Shown piece by piece: positions 47,415 to 58,658 of a stretch of 64,000 nt of DNA. The translations under genes were made by a program, and so were the position numbers. Location of the stretch: contig CAWFKQ010000007.1 of the NCBI GenBank assembly GCA_963816395.1, forward strand, positions 387,738-451,737, written 5' to 3'. The notes below the pieces were generated by a model. The model saw nothing but the letters and a program-made list of their open reading frames with translations. It ran no database searches and was not told the origin of the DNA. Each line of letters opens with the position of its first letter. Positions within the stretch are counted from its first letter, which is position 1. The stretch is from an uncultured delta proteobacterium. Its GTDB lineage: Bacteria; Desulfobacterota; Desulfuromonadia; Desulfuromonadales; JACZKF01.

Positions 47415-48442
47415 ACAATCAACATGCAATCGCCGTAGCTGAAGAAGCGGAATCCTTCGCGAACGGCACGCTGATAAGCCTGGAGAATGAATTCCCGGCC
47501 GGCAAAGGCTGCCGTGAGCATCAACAGGGTCGAACAGGGCAGGTGAAAATTGGTGATCAGGGCATCAATCACACGGAAACGAAACCCCGGATAGATGAAA
47601 AGATCGGTCATCCCCCCACCGGCCAGCACTCGTCCGTCATCGTCGACGGCGAACTCCAGGGTGCGGGTGACGGTAGTCCCCATGGCGAATACCCGCCGCC
47701 CCTCGGCCTTGGCCCGGTTGACTGCGGCGGCAGTTGTCTCCGGGATGTCGAAAATCTCGCCGTGCATCCGGTGCTGGCGCACATCGTCCACCCGCACCGG
47801 CAGAAAAGTGCCGAGCCCCACATGCAGGGTCAGGGGCCGGATCTCCACTCCCCGTTCACCCAGTCCGGCCAGGACCGCCTCGGTGAAATGCAGGCCGGCT
47901 GTTGGCGCCGCCACCGCCCCAGGAACTCGGGCGAATATCGTCTGATACCGTTCGCGATCGAGGGGTCCGTCCTCGCGCCGGATATAGGGCGGCAGCGGGA
48001 TACGCCCGGTCCGCTCCAGTGCGCGGTGGAAATCGTCGGCGCAGGTGAAGCGGATCAGCCGGTGGGGGGGCTCGCCGCCGGCCAGTACCAGCCCTTCGAT
48101 CTCTTCCCCCAGGCGCAGGCGACAGCCGGGCCGCGGAGGTTTCGAGCAGCGGGTCAGACAGACCCAGTCCTCTTCCTCGCCCGGGAGCCGCCGTACCAGA
48201 AAGACCTCGATTTTGCCGCCGGTATCCTTCTGCCCCCGCAGGCGGGCCGGGATGACCCGCGTATCGTTGATCACCAGCAGATCCCCGGGAACGAAATAAT
48301 CGGCGATTTCCGGGAAGTTCCGGGAATAAACCGTCTGTTCACTACGGTGCAGAACCATCAACCGGGAATCTTCGCGGGCGGGCGCTGGGTGCTGGGCAAT
48401 CAGCCCAGGAGAAAGATCAAAATTATATTCGTCCAGGCGCAT
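47411..48442 (-). CDS. queA: S-adenosylmethionine:tRNA ribosyltransferase-isomerase
   Basis: Trimmed to MRLDEYNFDLSPGLIAQHPA (ATG 48442); ..GRIPLPPYI..APTAGLHFT.. Confidence 0.95.
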
Positions 48443-48522
48443 AGGGCCGCCGGCAGTTGCCGGCCTCGAAAACAGCGTATAAATCAATCATAGTTGAGGG
48501 GCAAAGTCAAATTTTTTCGCCC

Positions 48523-48711
48523 CTAGCTACGCGCCAGGTAAATCACCAGCAGGCCGCCACCCATCGCCGCCAGTCCGGCAAAACGCAGCATGGGATCGGG
48601 TGCCGCAGTCAGCTGCCGCAGCAGCTTCCGCATCATCCGGGGAGACAGGAACCAGGGGATTCCCTCCACTACCAGCAGCAGGCCGCATGCCGTCGCCAGA
48701 AGCTCTGTCAT
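48523..48711 (-). CDS. Small two-TM membrane protein (DUF2065-like)
   Basis: 62 aa: MTELLATACGLLLVVEGIPWFLSPRMMRKLLRQL...GLAAMGGGLLVIYL. Confidence 0.6.
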   Translation of the reverse strand: MTELLATACGLLLVVEGIPWFLSPRMMRKLLRQLTAAPDPMLRFAGLAAMGGGLLVIYLARS

Positions 48712-48745
48712 TCTCCCGGGTCTCCTGAATTTTCATTAGTTTTTC

Positions 48746-48761
48746 TGGCAGACATATTGCA
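48746..48761 (+). promoter_or_regulatory. Sigma54 (-24/-12) promoter TGGCAG-N5-TTGCA
   Basis: tTGGCAGacataTTGCAc has exact consensus spacing (GG and GC 10 nt apart). Lies 176 nt upstream of the HD-GYP gene start. Confidence 0.6.
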
Positions 48762-48936
48762 CAAAATCTGCTATCTCTGTGGAGCAGCGCATCTTAAAGC
48801 ATGGTGCTCCACCTGTCAAGAACGGCCCGCCCTCTTCTGGGCGGGGAATCGCCCGGATCGGCGCTCCGGACGAGCTTCTCGCGCCCGGTGATTTCCAGAT
48901 GGATGCCGGCTTTTCACGGACAAAACGGTCTGGGTA

Positions 48937-50994
48937 GTGAATTCGCTTAAAATCAAAATCCTCGGGTTGACCATTCTCATCTTCGGTTCTGCCGTCGGCC
49001 TGACCACCTGGCAGAACCTGCGGACACAGCACGCCATCATTTCCCAGGTAGCCTCCCAGAAGGCCCAGATACTCGGCGATACCATTCGCAACACCATCGT
49101 CATCAATATGGCCAACGGCCAGAACTCAGAAGTGGCCAACATTCTCGAGCGGATCAAAAAAGAACCAAGCATCGAATCGATCCGTATCTTCGACGAAACC
49201 GGACGCATCCTCGTTTCCGCCGATGCCGAGGAAATCGGCGACTTGATTCCCGCCGCCGATCTTCTGGCCTACCGCTCCGGCCAAAGCTTCTATCTCGGCA
49301 GCCGCCAGACGGAGGGCTATCACTGTGCCCTGGTCCCCATCGACAATGCCCCTCTCTGCCACCGCTGCCACGCGCAGGAAAAGCTTGTGCTGGGCATTCT
49401 CAACATTCATTTTTCCCAACATGAACTGCAGGCCCTGCAGAACCGCGGGCGGGAGGCAACCCTGCTTTCTTCGGCTGGTGTGCTGATTCTCCTCGTTCTG
49501 ACCGTCACCGGGTTCATCCTCTATTACGTTGACACCCCCATCCGCAAGGTGGTCGCCGCCATGAACCTGGTCGAGCAGGGCGATTTCAATCAGGCGCGGA
49601 TCGGGATCATCAGCTCGAATGAAATGGCACTGCTCGCTACCAAATTCAATCTCATGGTGGAACGCCTGCGCAACCTGATGAGGTCGACCGTATTGCACGA
49701 ACGGGAGATGGCAATCGCCCAGGAAAAGCTGGCCCACCACGACGAAATCCGCTGCATGAACGCCACCCTGGAGGAACGTCTCAGGGAAATCGAATTTCTC
49801 AATGTCACCCTCGAAGAAAGGATTGAGGAAATCGAAGAGGCGAATTTCAAGATAGCCGATCTGGCCAGCGATCTGGAGGCGAAAAACACCACTCTTGCTC
49901 AGGCGGTCAGCCGCCTGTCGGCTCTCTACAAGATGGGGCTGGCGCTCAATTCCACCATGGACATCGACCGATTGTTCGATCTGCTGCTGCGCAAGGCTAC
50001 GGAGACCCTGAACGCTCAGGTCGGCCATATCCTCCTACTCGACCGCGACAGCTGGAGCCTGAAGGTAGGTTCCCTGATCGGCTGGGCGGAAAGCACCGAT
50101 CCCACCAAACGCATCCCACTGCGCCCCGGCGGGGTTTCCCACTGGGTAATCGAAAACCGGGAGCCCCTGCTGATCAAAAAGATCGAGGAGGCGAAAGCGT
50201 TCAGTCGGCTCAGCCGCCTGGGGTATACCCGAGAGACGATCATCTGCGCGCCGCTGATGATTAAAGAAGAAGTCATCGGCACCCTGACCATGGCCAACCG
50301 GCGGGATGGCCTCTGCTTTACCAGTGATGATCTTGAACTCCTTACGACCATTGCCGCCCAGGCCAGTATCGCCATGAGAAATGTCCGCCTCTATGAAGAT
50401 CAGCAGTCCACCTATCTGAGCACGGTCCAGGCGCTGGTTTCCACCATTGAGGCAAGCGATGCCTATACGCGGGGTCATTCGGAGAGGGTGACCCGCTACA
50501 GCCTGGCCCTGGCCCGACACCTGGGGCTGGCTCCGGAATCGGTGAAAACGCTCGAGGAGGCTGCGGTCCTTCACGACATCGGCAAAATCGGTATCGAAAC
50601 GAGTCTTCTGCACAAGGAGGGGCGACTTTCGGACGACGATATCGACGTGCTGCATCAGCATCCTTCGATCGGCGTACACATTCTCGAACCGATCCACTTT
50701 CTGAAGGACGTGCGGAAAATCATCGAACAGCATCACGAGCGCTATGACGGCAAGGGTTACCCGCATGGCCTGGCCGGGGAAGTGATTCTGCCCGAGGCGA
50801 GAATTCTGGCGGTCGCCGATGCCTATGACGCAATGACCTCCGATCGCCCTTACCGCTCGGCGCTCACGCAATATACAGCGATGCAGGAGATCCGGGAGAA
50901 TGCCGGCAGTCAGTTCGACCCGCAGGTGGCCCAGGCCCTCTTTGACATGTGGCAGATGGGCACCCTGGACGAGGTCAGGAAGATGGAGGGATGA
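48937..50994 (+). CDS. Membrane sensor with periplasmic CXXCH-containing domain, HAMP, coiled coil, GAF and HD-GYP (c-di-GMP phosphodiesterase) domains
   Basis: Two TM helices flank a ~150-aa periplasmic region containing PLCHRCH (nt 49357-49371). C-terminus has ..GHSERV..LHDIGKIGI..HHERYDGKGYPHGL.. (HD-GYP). GTG start. Confidence 0.85.
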   Translation: MNSLKIKILGLTILIFGSAVGLTTWQNLRTQHAIISQVASQKAQILGDTIRNTIVINMANGQNSEVANILERIKKEPSIESIRIFDETGRILVSADAEEIGDLIPAADLLAYRSGQSFYLGSRQTEGYHCALVPIDNAPLCHRCHAQEKLVLGILNIHFSQHELQALQNRGREATLLSSAGVLILLVLTVTGFILYYVDTPIRKVVAAMNLVEQGDFNQARIGIISSNEMALLATKFNLMVERLRNLMRSTVLHEREMAIAQEKLAHHDEIRCMNATLEERLREIEFLNVTLEERIEEIEEANFKIADLASDLEAKNTTLAQAVSRLSALYKMGLALNSTMDIDRLFDLLLRKATETLNAQVGHILLLDRDSWSLKVGSLIGWAESTDPTKRIPLRPGGVSHWVIENREPLLIKKIEEAKAFSRLSRLGYTRETIICAPLMIKEEVIGTLTMANRRDGLCFTSDDLELLTTIAAQASIAMRNVRLYEDQQSTYLSTVQALVSTIEASDAYTRGHSERVTRYSLALARHLGLAPESVKTLEEAAVLHDIGKIGIETSLLHKEGRLSDDDIDVLHQHPSIGVHILEPIHFLKDVRKIIEQHHERYDGKGYPHGLAGEVILPEARILAVADAYDAMTSDRPYRSALTQYTAMQEIRENAGSQFDPQVAQALFDMWQMGTLDEVRKMEG

Positions 50995-53159
50995 AAAGAC
51001 CGCGGCTGCCGGATCTGCAGCGGATGTCTCTGCTCCGTCGGATTCTCCTTCCCTTTTTCCTCATTCTGATCCTGGTCGGCACGGTTGCCACAATCGGCAC
51101 CGTTTCCTATATGACCAGCTTTCTGGCCCGGGATGTCAATGAACGCCTGGAAGCTTTCCAACAGATCGCCTACCGGGATATAAAAAAACAGGAAATCCTC
51201 CTCGTCACCTATAGCAGCCTGCTGGAGTACATGCAGGCACTCGCCGGACCTCATATCGACGACCAGACCGCGGGCGCGCTACAGGACCAGATGGTCAATT
51301 CACTGCGTGAATCGCGGATTTCGGCAATCTATTATTCTCCTGCCAGCTTCGACAATATCCCTTATGAATCTCTGCATAGCCTGCTTGAGCAGGCGGATCG
51401 CAGCGGCCGCCCCAGGTTCCGCCTGCTCGACGACATGGGATCAACCCCCATTCTGGCCGTTGCCGCCCCGGCCGGCCGGAATCCGGCAGCCAGGGGGATA
51501 GTTGTCCTGCAGACGCCGTTTGACGGCAATTTCCTGCGGCACCTGACCGGCGGCCTCAGAGTGGTCCCGCATCTGCTCACCATGGAAGGGAAACCGTTGG
51601 AGGTCGGCGAGGACTATGTTCCACCGCCCGCCCTCAACCAGGCGGAGCTCTCTTCCGTAATTTCCGGACACCGCCTGTTCAAGATGGCCGGGTTTCCCCT
51701 GCCCCATAAATTTCTGTATCAGGCCGTTCCCCTGGGAACCACCGACATGGTGATCGCCGTGGCGGAGGCACCGATGACCGATCTCGGTGGCACCACCGAA
51801 GCCATAATCCTGTATTCGCTGCTGATCTTTTTCTTCGCCCTGCTCCTCGGCAGCTTTCTCTATTACCGCCTGATACGGCAGATCACCGCCCCGATGGAAG
51901 AGATCCTGCAGGCTACCCGGGCGATCAGCGGGGGGGATCTCGATTACCGCCTGCCGGATATTGCCGATGCAGAGATGGGACGAATCGCCGCTTCCTTCAA
52001 CGCCATGATGGAGCGGCTGAAATTAGTTCACGAGGAAAATCTGGCCCAGGAAACAGCTCTCGCTCTAGCCCGGGAGGAGGTCAGACATAAGAAAATTCTT
52101 GAACAGAAAAACAGCGAGGTCGAGGCGGCCAACAAGGAACTGAAAGCGAACCTGTCTGAACTTTCGGCTCTTTTTCAGCTTAATGAGGCGACTATCTCGA
52201 CCCTGGATATCAATCTGCTCCTGGAGCGGATGATAGAGATGCTGCAGAAGATGCTGCCGCACTGCAACCTGGCTCTGCTCCTGTACCAACCAGGAGCCGA
52301 GGAGTTGGAGGTGCAAAGAACGGCGGGACTTGCCCCGGCGCTGCTGAAGGAAATGGATTTACGGCTGGACCGCGGTTTGCTCGGTCAGGCGGCGAGAAAG
52401 CAGGAAATGATTTACCTCAGCGACTTGCAGGTGGATAACCCTCGTTTCGATTATCAAGGCAAATCGCTTCCCGATGGTTCCCTGGTATGCACACCAATGG
52501 TGGTCAAGAAAAAACTCGCCGGACTTCTCCTGCTGAGCAGGGAGAAACCCCACGCCTTTACCAGCGGCGAGCTGAGGCTGATACAGGCGGTCGGCAATCA
52601 GGCCGCGATCGGCATTGAAAACGCCCGTTTATATGAACAAACCCGCAGTCTTTCCAATACCGACGAGTTGACCAGCCTCGCCAATCGCCGCTTCTTCCTT
52701 GAGGTTCTCAAGCGGGAATTGGCGCAGGCCCAGCGTTTCAGCTCCCAGTTCAGCCTGATCATGATCGATATTGATCATTTCAAGCGTTATAACGACTGCC
52801 ACGGCCATCTCTGCGGCGACATGGCATTGAAGACCGTGGCCGACCTTCTGCTGCAGAATACCCGCGGCATCGACCTGGTTGCCCGCTTCGGCGGCGAGGA
52901 ATTCGTCATCCTGCTTCCCAAGACCAGCAAGAGTGGGGCGGTGCTGGCAGCCGAGAAACTGCGGCAGCGCATTGCCGAGACCGTTTTCCCGGGCGCCGAC
53001 CGCAGTCAGCCGGGGGGAGGACTGACCATCTCCCTGGGAGTGGCGGCCTTTCCCGTCGATAGCCGCGAAGAGTACGAGCTGATGGATCTGGCCGACCGCG
53101 CCCTCTACGAGGCCAAGGAAGAGGGTCGTGACCGCACGGTGGCCTGGAAATCGCTCTAA
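50991..53159 (+). CDS. Membrane sensor diguanylate cyclase (periplasmic domain, HAMP, GAF, GGDEF with I-site)
   Basis: Trimmed to MKRPRLPDLQ (ATG 50991, ATGA overlap with the upstream stop). ..RGIDLVARFGGEEFVILLP.. (RxxD I-site five residues before GGEEF). Confidence 0.9.
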   Translation: MKRPRLPDLQRMSLLRRILLPFFLILILVGTVATIGTVSYMTSFLARDVNERLEAFQQIAYRDIKKQEILLVTYSSLLEYMQALAGPHIDDQTAGALQDQMVNSLRESRISAIYYSPASFDNIPYESLHSLLEQADRSGRPRFRLLDDMGSTPILAVAAPAGRNPAARGIVVLQTPFDGNFLRHLTGGLRVVPHLLTMEGKPLEVGEDYVPPPALNQAELSSVISGHRLFKMAGFPLPHKFLYQAVPLGTTDMVIAVAEAPMTDLGGTTEAIILYSLLIFFFALLLGSFLYYRLIRQITAPMEEILQATRAISGGDLDYRLPDIADAEMGRIAASFNAMMERLKLVHEENLAQETALALAREEVRHKKILEQKNSEVEAANKELKANLSELSALFQLNEATISTLDINLLLERMIEMLQKMLPHCNLALLLYQPGAEELEVQRTAGLAPALLKEMDLRLDRGLLGQAARKQEMIYLSDLQVDNPRFDYQGKSLPDGSLVCTPMVVKKKLAGLLLLSREKPHAFTSGELRLIQAVGNQAAIGIENARLYEQTRSLSNTDELTSLANRRFFLEVLKRELAQAQRFSSQFSLIMIDIDHFKRYNDCHGHLCGDMALKTVADLLLQNTRGIDLVARFGGEEFVILLPKTSKSGAVLAAEKLRQRIAETVFPGADRSQPGGGLTISLGVAAFPVDSREEYELMDLADRALYEAKEEGRDRTVAWKSL

Positions 53160-53178
53160 TCCCGGGCCCTCCGGTTCT

Positions 53179-55020
53179 TTACCGTCTCGCCGGCCCTCCT
53201 CCCCTCCCCCGCTCGCCGTCTTTCCCCGCCCGATAGCCCAGCAGCAAAGACGCTGCAGCTTCCCGTCCGCAGGCGCGAAGGGCCGCCAGAACATCCTGCC
53301 GATGCTCGGGGAGATGCCAGAGCAGGAGGGCCTTCTGCAGGCGCCGCTCCCGTGGCGAGCGGGGCACGTGCAGTGCTTCACCGGTCATTGGATCGCGGCC
53401 GGTGAAATAGATGCAGGTGGCAAGGGTACCGGGAGTGGGAGTGAATTCCTGTACCTGTTCCACCCGCAGGCCATGCCTGCGGAGGAACAGGGCCGTCTCC
53501 ACCATATCGCCCAGAGTGCTGCCGGGGTGGGCGGCGATCAGGTAAGGGACGACCGCCTGCCGCCGCCCCAGGCGCTGGCTGCGTTCCCTGAACCATTGCA
53601 GAAAAGTTTCGAAGACAGGAGCACCTGGCTTGCGCATGATCTTCGTCACTCCCTCGCAGAGCGCCTCCGGCGCCACCTTGAGCAGACCGCCGACATGGCT
53701 CTCGAGCAGATCCTCGAAATACTCCTGCTGATGCTCGAACAGATCGAAACGAACCCCCGAGGCGACGAAAACATGGCGCACGCCCTGCCGCTGGCGGATC
53801 TTTCGCAGCAGGCGCACCGCCCGGCGATCAGCGGTCAGCAGATGCCGGCAGGGCCTGGGGAAAAGGCAGCCGCTGCGCCGGCAACGGTCGCGGGCGGCCG
53901 GACGACCACAGGCAAGACCGTACATATTGGCAGTCGGACCGCCGACATCGCTGATAGTGCCGCGAAAGCCGGGCTGCCGGGCCATCCGATCGACCTCGGC
54001 GAGAACCGATCCCTCCGAGCGGGACTGCACGAATTTCCCCTGGTGATGGGTGATTGCGCAGAAGGCGCAGCCGCCGAAACAACCCCGGTGGGTGGTGACG
54101 GAGAAGCGGATCTGTTCAAAGGCAGGAATCGGCTCACGGTAGGCGGGATGCGGCAAGCGGGTGAATGGGAGGTGATAAATACGGTCCATTTCCGTCTCGC
54201 CGAGCGGCAGCTGAGGCGGGTTGACCACCACCTGGCGGGTGCCGTGCATCTGGACCAGCGGCCGCCCGCAGAAGGGGTTGGCTTCGGCGGCGGCGAGACG
54301 GAAGGCAGCATTGAAGGCCTCGGGGTCGGCTGCCGCTTCCTCATAGCCGGGAAGCCGCACCGCTCCCGCCGGCGCCTGGGCCGCCAGGTGGGCGGTGCCC
54401 CGGATTCCGCGCATCGCCGCTGGGGCCTCGCCGCCGGCAGCACGCCGGGCAACCTCCAGCAGGGGCGCCTCTCCCATGCCGAAAACGAGGAGGTCGGCCT
54501 TGCTGTCGACCAGCACCGAGCGGCGCACCGCATCATCCCAGAAATCGTAGTGGGCCAGACGCCGCAGACTCGCCTCGATGCCCCCGATGATCACCGGCAG
54601 CCCCTTGAAGGCCCCCTTGAGAGCCGCGGTATAGGCGATCACCGCCCGGTTCGGCCGGGCGCCGGCGCGGCCGCCAGGGGTATAGGCGTCGTCACGGCGC
54701 ACCTTGCGGGCGGCGGTGTAATGATTGACCATGGAATCCATGGCCCCGGCGGAAAGGGCGGCGAACAGCCGCGGGCGCCCCATGACCCGCAGCGCCTCGG
54801 GATCGCGCCAGTCGGGTTGGGCCAGGATTCCCACCCGATAGCCCTCTGCTTCCAGCAGCCGCGCCAGCAGAGGAACGCCGAAGGCGGGATGGTCGATATA
54901 GGCATCCCCGGAGAGAAAGAGGATATCGAGTTCTTCCCAGCCGCGGCGCACCATTTCTGCGCGGGTGGTAGGGAGAAATAAAATCTGTCTCTCCTCGTTC
55001 AGCGGCTGCGATCCCGGCAC
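53179..55020 (-). CDS. ygiQ: YgiQ-family (UPF0313) radical SAM protein
   Basis: 613 aa: ..[39 protein letters not shown].. parallels E. coli YgiQ. CxxxCxxC region [14 protein letters not shown] start. Confidence 0.85.
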   Translation of the reverse strand: MPGSQPLNEERQILFLPTTRAEMVRRGWEELDILFLSGDAYIDHPAFGVPLLARLLEAEGYRVGILAQPDWRDPEALRVMGRPRLFAALSAGAMDSMVNHYTAARKVRRDDAYTPGGRAGARPNRAVIAYTAALKGAFKGLPVIIGGIEASLRRLAHYDFWDDAVRRSVLVDSKADLLVFGMGEAPLLEVARRAAGGEAPAAMRGIRGTAHLAAQAPAGAVRLPGYEEAAADPEAFNAAFRLAAAEANPFCGRPLVQMHGTRQVVVNPPQLPLGETEMDRIYHLPFTRLPHPAYREPIPAFEQIRFSVTTHRGCFGGCAFCAITHHQGKFVQSRSEGSVLAEVDRMARQPGFRGTISDVGGPTANMYGLACGRPAARDRCRRSGCLFPRPCRHLLTADRRAVRLLRKIRQRQGVRHVFVASGVRFDLFEHQQEYFEDLLESHVGGLLKVAPEALCEGVTKIMRKPGAPVFETFLQWFRERSQRLGRRQAVVPYLIAAHPGSTLGDMVETALFLRRHGLRVEQVQEFTPTPGTLATCIYFTGRDPMTGEALHVPRSPRERRLQKALLLWHLPEHRQDVLAALRACGREAAASLLLGYRAGKDGERGRGGGPARR

Positions 55021-55193
55021 AGGTGGGCAATTGAGCGGTCGTAGGTCCGCTCCCCTTCAGGAGTAAAGAAACAGCCGGGGATCTCCCCCCGGTTCCGATG
55101 GTAAGTCACGCACTTGCAGCAGCTCCCCCGCTTGTCGCACGACAGCTGGGTGCAGGTACAGTGCTCCTTGGTGGTCGCTGAGATACATTCCAT
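54999..55193 (-). CDS. Small cysteine-rich protein (C-x-C...CC-x-C motif family)
   Basis: [43 protein letters not shown]... ATG 55193 lies behind GAGG. Overlaps the ygiQ start by 22 nt. Confidence 0.55.
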   Translation of the reverse strand: MECISATTKEHCTCTQLSCDKRGSCCKCVTYHRNRGEIPGCFFTPEGERTYDRSIAHLCRDRSR

Positions 55194-55210
55194 TGGCAAA
55201 CCTCAAAAGG

Positions 55211-55270
55211 CGGTGAGATAGTGAGATGGCGAGATAGAGTTACTACTTACTACCTCACTGTCTCACTACA
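55211..55270. repeat. Inverted heptad arrays, unit GTGAGAT / TTACTAC (family B)
   Basis: cGGTGAGATAGTGAGATGGCGAGATAGAG | TTACTACTTACTACCTCACTGTCTCACTAC. The outer GTGAGA[T/C]AGTGAG segments are complementary. Confidence 0.8.
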
Positions 55271-55277
55271 TACTGCA

Positions 55278-56315
55278 TTACGGAAATACCGGCAGTGCTT
55301 CCAGCCCCGTTGTCTCCGGCAGCCCGAGAAGGATATTGAGATTCTGCACCGCCTGCCCCGCCGCCCCCTTGACCAGGTTATCGATGGCGGCGACCACAAT
55401 TACCCGGCCGGTACGCGGGTCGCTGACCACCCCCAGATCACAGTAATTGCTTCCCCGCACGCAGGCCACGTTGGGCAGCTTTCCCTGCGGAAGGACACGG
55501 ACGAAGGGTTCCTGCCGGTAATATTCCCGGTAGAGCTGAAGCAGCTCGGCAGTGTCCTTCGGCGCCTGCAAACCGGCATAGCAGGTGGAAAGAATCCCCC
55601 GATTGACCGGCAGCAGGTGCGGGGTGAAGCTGACCACCACCGGCTCCCCGGCGAGAGTGGAGAGCGTCTGCTCGATTTCCGGAGTATGCCGGTGGCTGCC
55701 GACTCCGTAGGCCTTGAAGCCCTCGTTCACCTCGCAGAACAGGCTATCCACCTTGGCGGAACGGCCGGCTCCGCTGGTCCCCGATTTGCTGTCGATGACC
55801 AGGGAGGCTAGCTCGACCTGCCGGTGGCTGAGCAAGGGGGCGAGGGCGAGGGCGACGCTGGTCGGGTAGCAGCCGGGATTGGCCACCAGCCGGGCACCCC
55901 GGAGCCGCTCCCGGAAAAGCTCCGGCAGTCCGTAAACAGCCTCAGGGAGCAATTCGGGGCTGCCGTGCGGACCATACCAGGCGGCATAGACCTCGGGGTC
56001 GCGCAGCCGGTAATCGGCCGAGAGGTCGATCACCCGGCGCCCGGCCTGCAGCAAGGGGGGAACGACCTGCATGGCGGCCTGATGAGGCAGAGCGGTGAAG
56101 ATCACCTCGGCGCGTTCGGCGATCGCCGCCGGTTCGGCGGCTTCGCAGACCAGATCGATCCGCCCGAAAAGGGAGGGGAAGAGCGCGGCGACCGGCTCGC
56201 CGGCGTTCTGCCGGGCGGTTACGCAGGTAACCTCGACCTGCGGGTGACCCGCCAGCAGGCGGAGCAATTCGGCGCCGGTGTAGCCGCTGGCGCCCATGAC
56301 GGCGACTCTGACCAT
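55278..56315 (-). CDS. argC: N-acetyl-gamma-glutamyl-phosphate reductase
   Basis: Trimmed to [21 protein letters not shown] (ATG 56315); ..NPGCYPTS.. active-site Cys. Confidence 0.95.
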   Translation of the reverse strand: MVRVAVMGASGYTGAELLRLLAGHPQVEVTCVTARQNAGEPVAALFPSLFGRIDLVCEAAEPAAIAERAEVIFTALPHQAAMQVVPPLLQAGRRVIDLSADYRLRDPEVYAAWYGPHGSPELLPEAVYGLPELFRERLRGARLVANPGCYPTSVALALAPLLSHRQVELASLVIDSKSGTSGAGRSAKVDSLFCEVNEGFKAYGVGSHRHTPEIEQTLSTLAGEPVVVSFTPHLLPVNRGILSTCYAGLQAPKDTAELLQLYREYYRQEPFVRVLPQGKLPNVACVRGSNYCDLGVVSDPRTGRVIVVAAIDNLVKGAAGQAVQNLNILLGLPETTGLEALPVFP

Positions 56316-56335
56316 GTATTTCCTCCTCATAGCAG

Positions 56336-56364
56336 AAAAGGGAAACCCGAGGGTTTCCCTTTTC
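56336..56364 (-). terminator. Intrinsic terminator after rpsI
   Basis: Minus strand GAAAAGGGAAACCC-ucg-GGGUUUCCCUUUUCUGCU. Confidence 0.8.
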
Positions 56365-56405
56365 CTTGCTGACTTTCGCTGCCGGGATCCGGCGGCCCGG
56401 AGCGA

Positions 56406-56798
56406 TTAACGCTTGGAGAACTGGAAGCTCCGACGGGCGGCGGCCCGGCCGTACTTCTTGCGTTCCTTGGCCCGGCTGTCGCGGGTAATGAACCCGGCCT
56501 TTTTCAGAAGCCCCCGCAACTGAACGTCCACCTCCAGCAGGGCCTTGGTGATGCCGTGCTTGATCGCCCCCGCCTGCCCGGAAGGGCCGCCACCGGCAAC
56601 ATTGACGATAATATCGAATTTGCCGATATTCTGCGTCAGTTCCAGAGGCTGGCGGATGACCATTTTGGAGGTTTCCCGCCCGAAATACTCGTCGATGGAA
56701 CGCTTGTTGACGGTGATGTTCCCCGCCCCCGGTTTCAGCCATACCCGAGCCACCGACGTTTTCCTTCTTCCGGTCGCGTAAAATTTCTCTTCGGCCAT
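56406..56798 (-). CDS. rpsI: 30S ribosomal protein S9
   Basis: 130 aa: ..[15 protein letters not shown].. and C-terminal ..[17 protein letters not shown]. Confidence 0.95.
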   Translation of the reverse strand: MAEEKFYATGRRKTSVARVWLKPGAGNITVNKRSIDEYFGRETSKMVIRQPLELTQNIGKFDIIVNVAGGGPSGQAGAIKHGITKALLEVDVQLRGLLKKAGFITRDSRAKERKKYGRAAARRSFQFSKR

Positions 56799-56821
56799 CT
56801 CTTGTTTGTCTCCTGATTACT

Positions 56822-57250
56822 TTAGAAGGTCAGCGGCTTGGGCTGCTGGGCGGCATGCGGATGCTCGGGCCCGGCATAGACCTTGAGTTTACTGAACATC
56901 TGGCGGCCCAGTTTGTTCTTGGGCAGCATGCCCTTGACCGCCTTCTGGATCAACTGCTCCGGCTTCTTCTCCAGAAGCTTGCCGGCGGTAATCGACTTGA
57001 GACCGCCCGGGAATCCGGAATGGTGATGATACATCTTATCCGCCAGTTTGTTCCCGGTCAGCTTCACCTTGGCGGCATTCAGAACGATGACGAAATCCCC
57101 GGCATCGACGCTGGGGGTGTAAATGGGCTTGTGCTTGCCCCGCAGAACATGCGCAATCTGAGCGGCGGCCCGGCCGAGGACCTGCCCTTCCAGATCGACA
57201 ATGTACCAGTTTTTCTTGATATTTGACGGTTTGGCAACTTGGGTGCTCAT
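56822..57250 (-). CDS. rplM: 50S ribosomal protein L13
   Basis: Trimmed to [29 protein letters not shown] (ATG 57250); 142 aa. Confidence 0.95.
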   Translation of the reverse strand: MSTQVAKPSNIKKNWYIVDLEGQVLGRAAAQIAHVLRGKHKPIYTPSVDAGDFVIVLNAAKVKLTGNKLADKMYHHHSGFPGGLKSITAGKLLEKKPEQLIQKAVKGMLPKNKLGRQMFSKLKVYAGPEHPHAAQQPKPLTF

Positions 57251-57330
57251 GAATTTCCTCTCTGGTTCATAATCTGCGATTGCAACGGGGCTCACAGAAG
57301 CTGAGAAATTAGCCGAAGGCAGTCGGGATG

Positions 57331-57810
57331 TCAAGAATTTTTTTGAATGAGACCGGTTTCAGCCCGGCCTGGTTTCAGGCTGAGGACCGGGCAGGGAGCA
57401 TGCTGGACGACCCGCTCCGCCGTGCTGCCGATCAGCAGGTGGGAAAGCCCGGTCCGACCATGGGTGCCGATAACGATGAGCTGGAAATGCTCCTCTTCGG
57501 CCAGGCGGCAGATTTCACGGAAAGGGATCCCGGCCACCGCCCGTCCCTCCAGGTGCAGCCCGGGGATCGCCTGCCGCCGGCGCTCAACCTCCTCCGCCAA
57601 TTCCGCCGCCGCCTCCCGCAGCCGCCCGTCGAGCGCCTCGGTCGGCTCGCCGCCGAGGGTAGCAAAAGTCTCCACTTCCCCGCTGGGGACCACGTGCAGC
57701 AGGCAATAACTCGCTTCGAACCACTCCCGCAAGCCAAAGGCGAATTCCAGCGTCTCCCGGCTGGCGGCAGAAAAATCGGTGGGGACCAGGATCTTCAGGG
57801 GTTTTCTCAT
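57331..57810 (-). CDS. Universal stress protein (UspA family)
   Basis: [17 protein letters not shown]...[33 protein letters not shown]. Confidence 0.9.
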   Translation of the reverse strand: MRKPLKILVPTDFSAASRETLEFAFGLREWFEASYCLLHVVPSGEVETFATLGGEPTEALDGRLREAAAELAEEVERRRQAIPGLHLEGRAVAGIPFREICRLAEEEHFQLIVIGTHGRTGLSHLLIGSTAERVVQHAPCPVLSLKPGRAETGLIQKNS

Positions 57811-57913
57811 TATCGCCTCCGCCGCTCTCCATTATGGCGCGAACGGCGGCGGATGCAAGGCGGGGAAACAAACGGAGGAACCCGTGAGGTGCTTCTGTCC
57901 TACCTCACTACCT

Positions 57914-58658
57914 TCAGCTGCCTTCGTACCAGACCTCCATCAGGCACAGCCCCTGCGGCGGCGCGGTGATGCCGGCCGCTTCCCGCCGCCCGCCCTGCAG
58001 CAGTTCGGGGATATCGGTCCAGGGGCGTTTCCCCAGGCCGATCTCGACCAGGGTCCCGACCATTACCCGCACCATGTGGCGCAGGAAACCGTCCCCTTTG
58101 ACATCCAGGTGCAGCAGTTCCCCTTCCCGATTGCAGGTCGACCGAGAATATCTCCCGCACCGTCTCGCGGGCATCGCAGCCGGCGGCGCGAAAGGCGGCG
58201 AAATCGTGACGGCCGGCAAAAGCCGCCGCCCCCTGCATCATCGCCGGCAGGTCGAGGGGGGCGCGCAGGTGCCAGGAGGTGCGCGCCGCCAGCGGTGAGC
58301 GTACCGCTGCGTTGTAGATCGTGTAGCGGTACCATTTCCCCCGGGCACTGAAGCGGGCATGAAAGCCAGGGGGCGCTTCGGCCGCCTCGCGCACCGCCAC
58401 CTCCGCCGGCAGCAGGCGGTTGATCCCCTCACGAAAGGCCGCCAGGGGGAGGGCGCCGGCGGTGCGGAAATGCACCGTCATGCCCCGGGCATGCACCCCG
58501 GCGTCGGTTCGGCCGGAAGAAGCCAACCGGATTTTTTCCCCGGTCAGTCGGGCCAGTGCTTCTTCCACCACCTCCTGCACGGAAAGGCCATTGGCCTGCA
58601 GCTGCCAGCCGGCGAAACGGGTACCGTCGAATTCCACGACCAGCCGAATGGTTCTCAT
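57914..58658 (-). pseudogene. truA: tRNA pseudouridine(38-40) synthase TruA, +1 frameshift
   Basis: MRTIRLVVEFDGTRFAGWQLQ...SGRTDAGVHA...REIFSVDLQ then continues in ORF 57914..58219 (REGELLHLDVKGDGFLRHMVRVMVGTLVEIG...). Extra base near 58128-58133; 744 nt if repaired. The 445-aa ORF 57900..59237 is an artefact. Confidence 0.9.
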
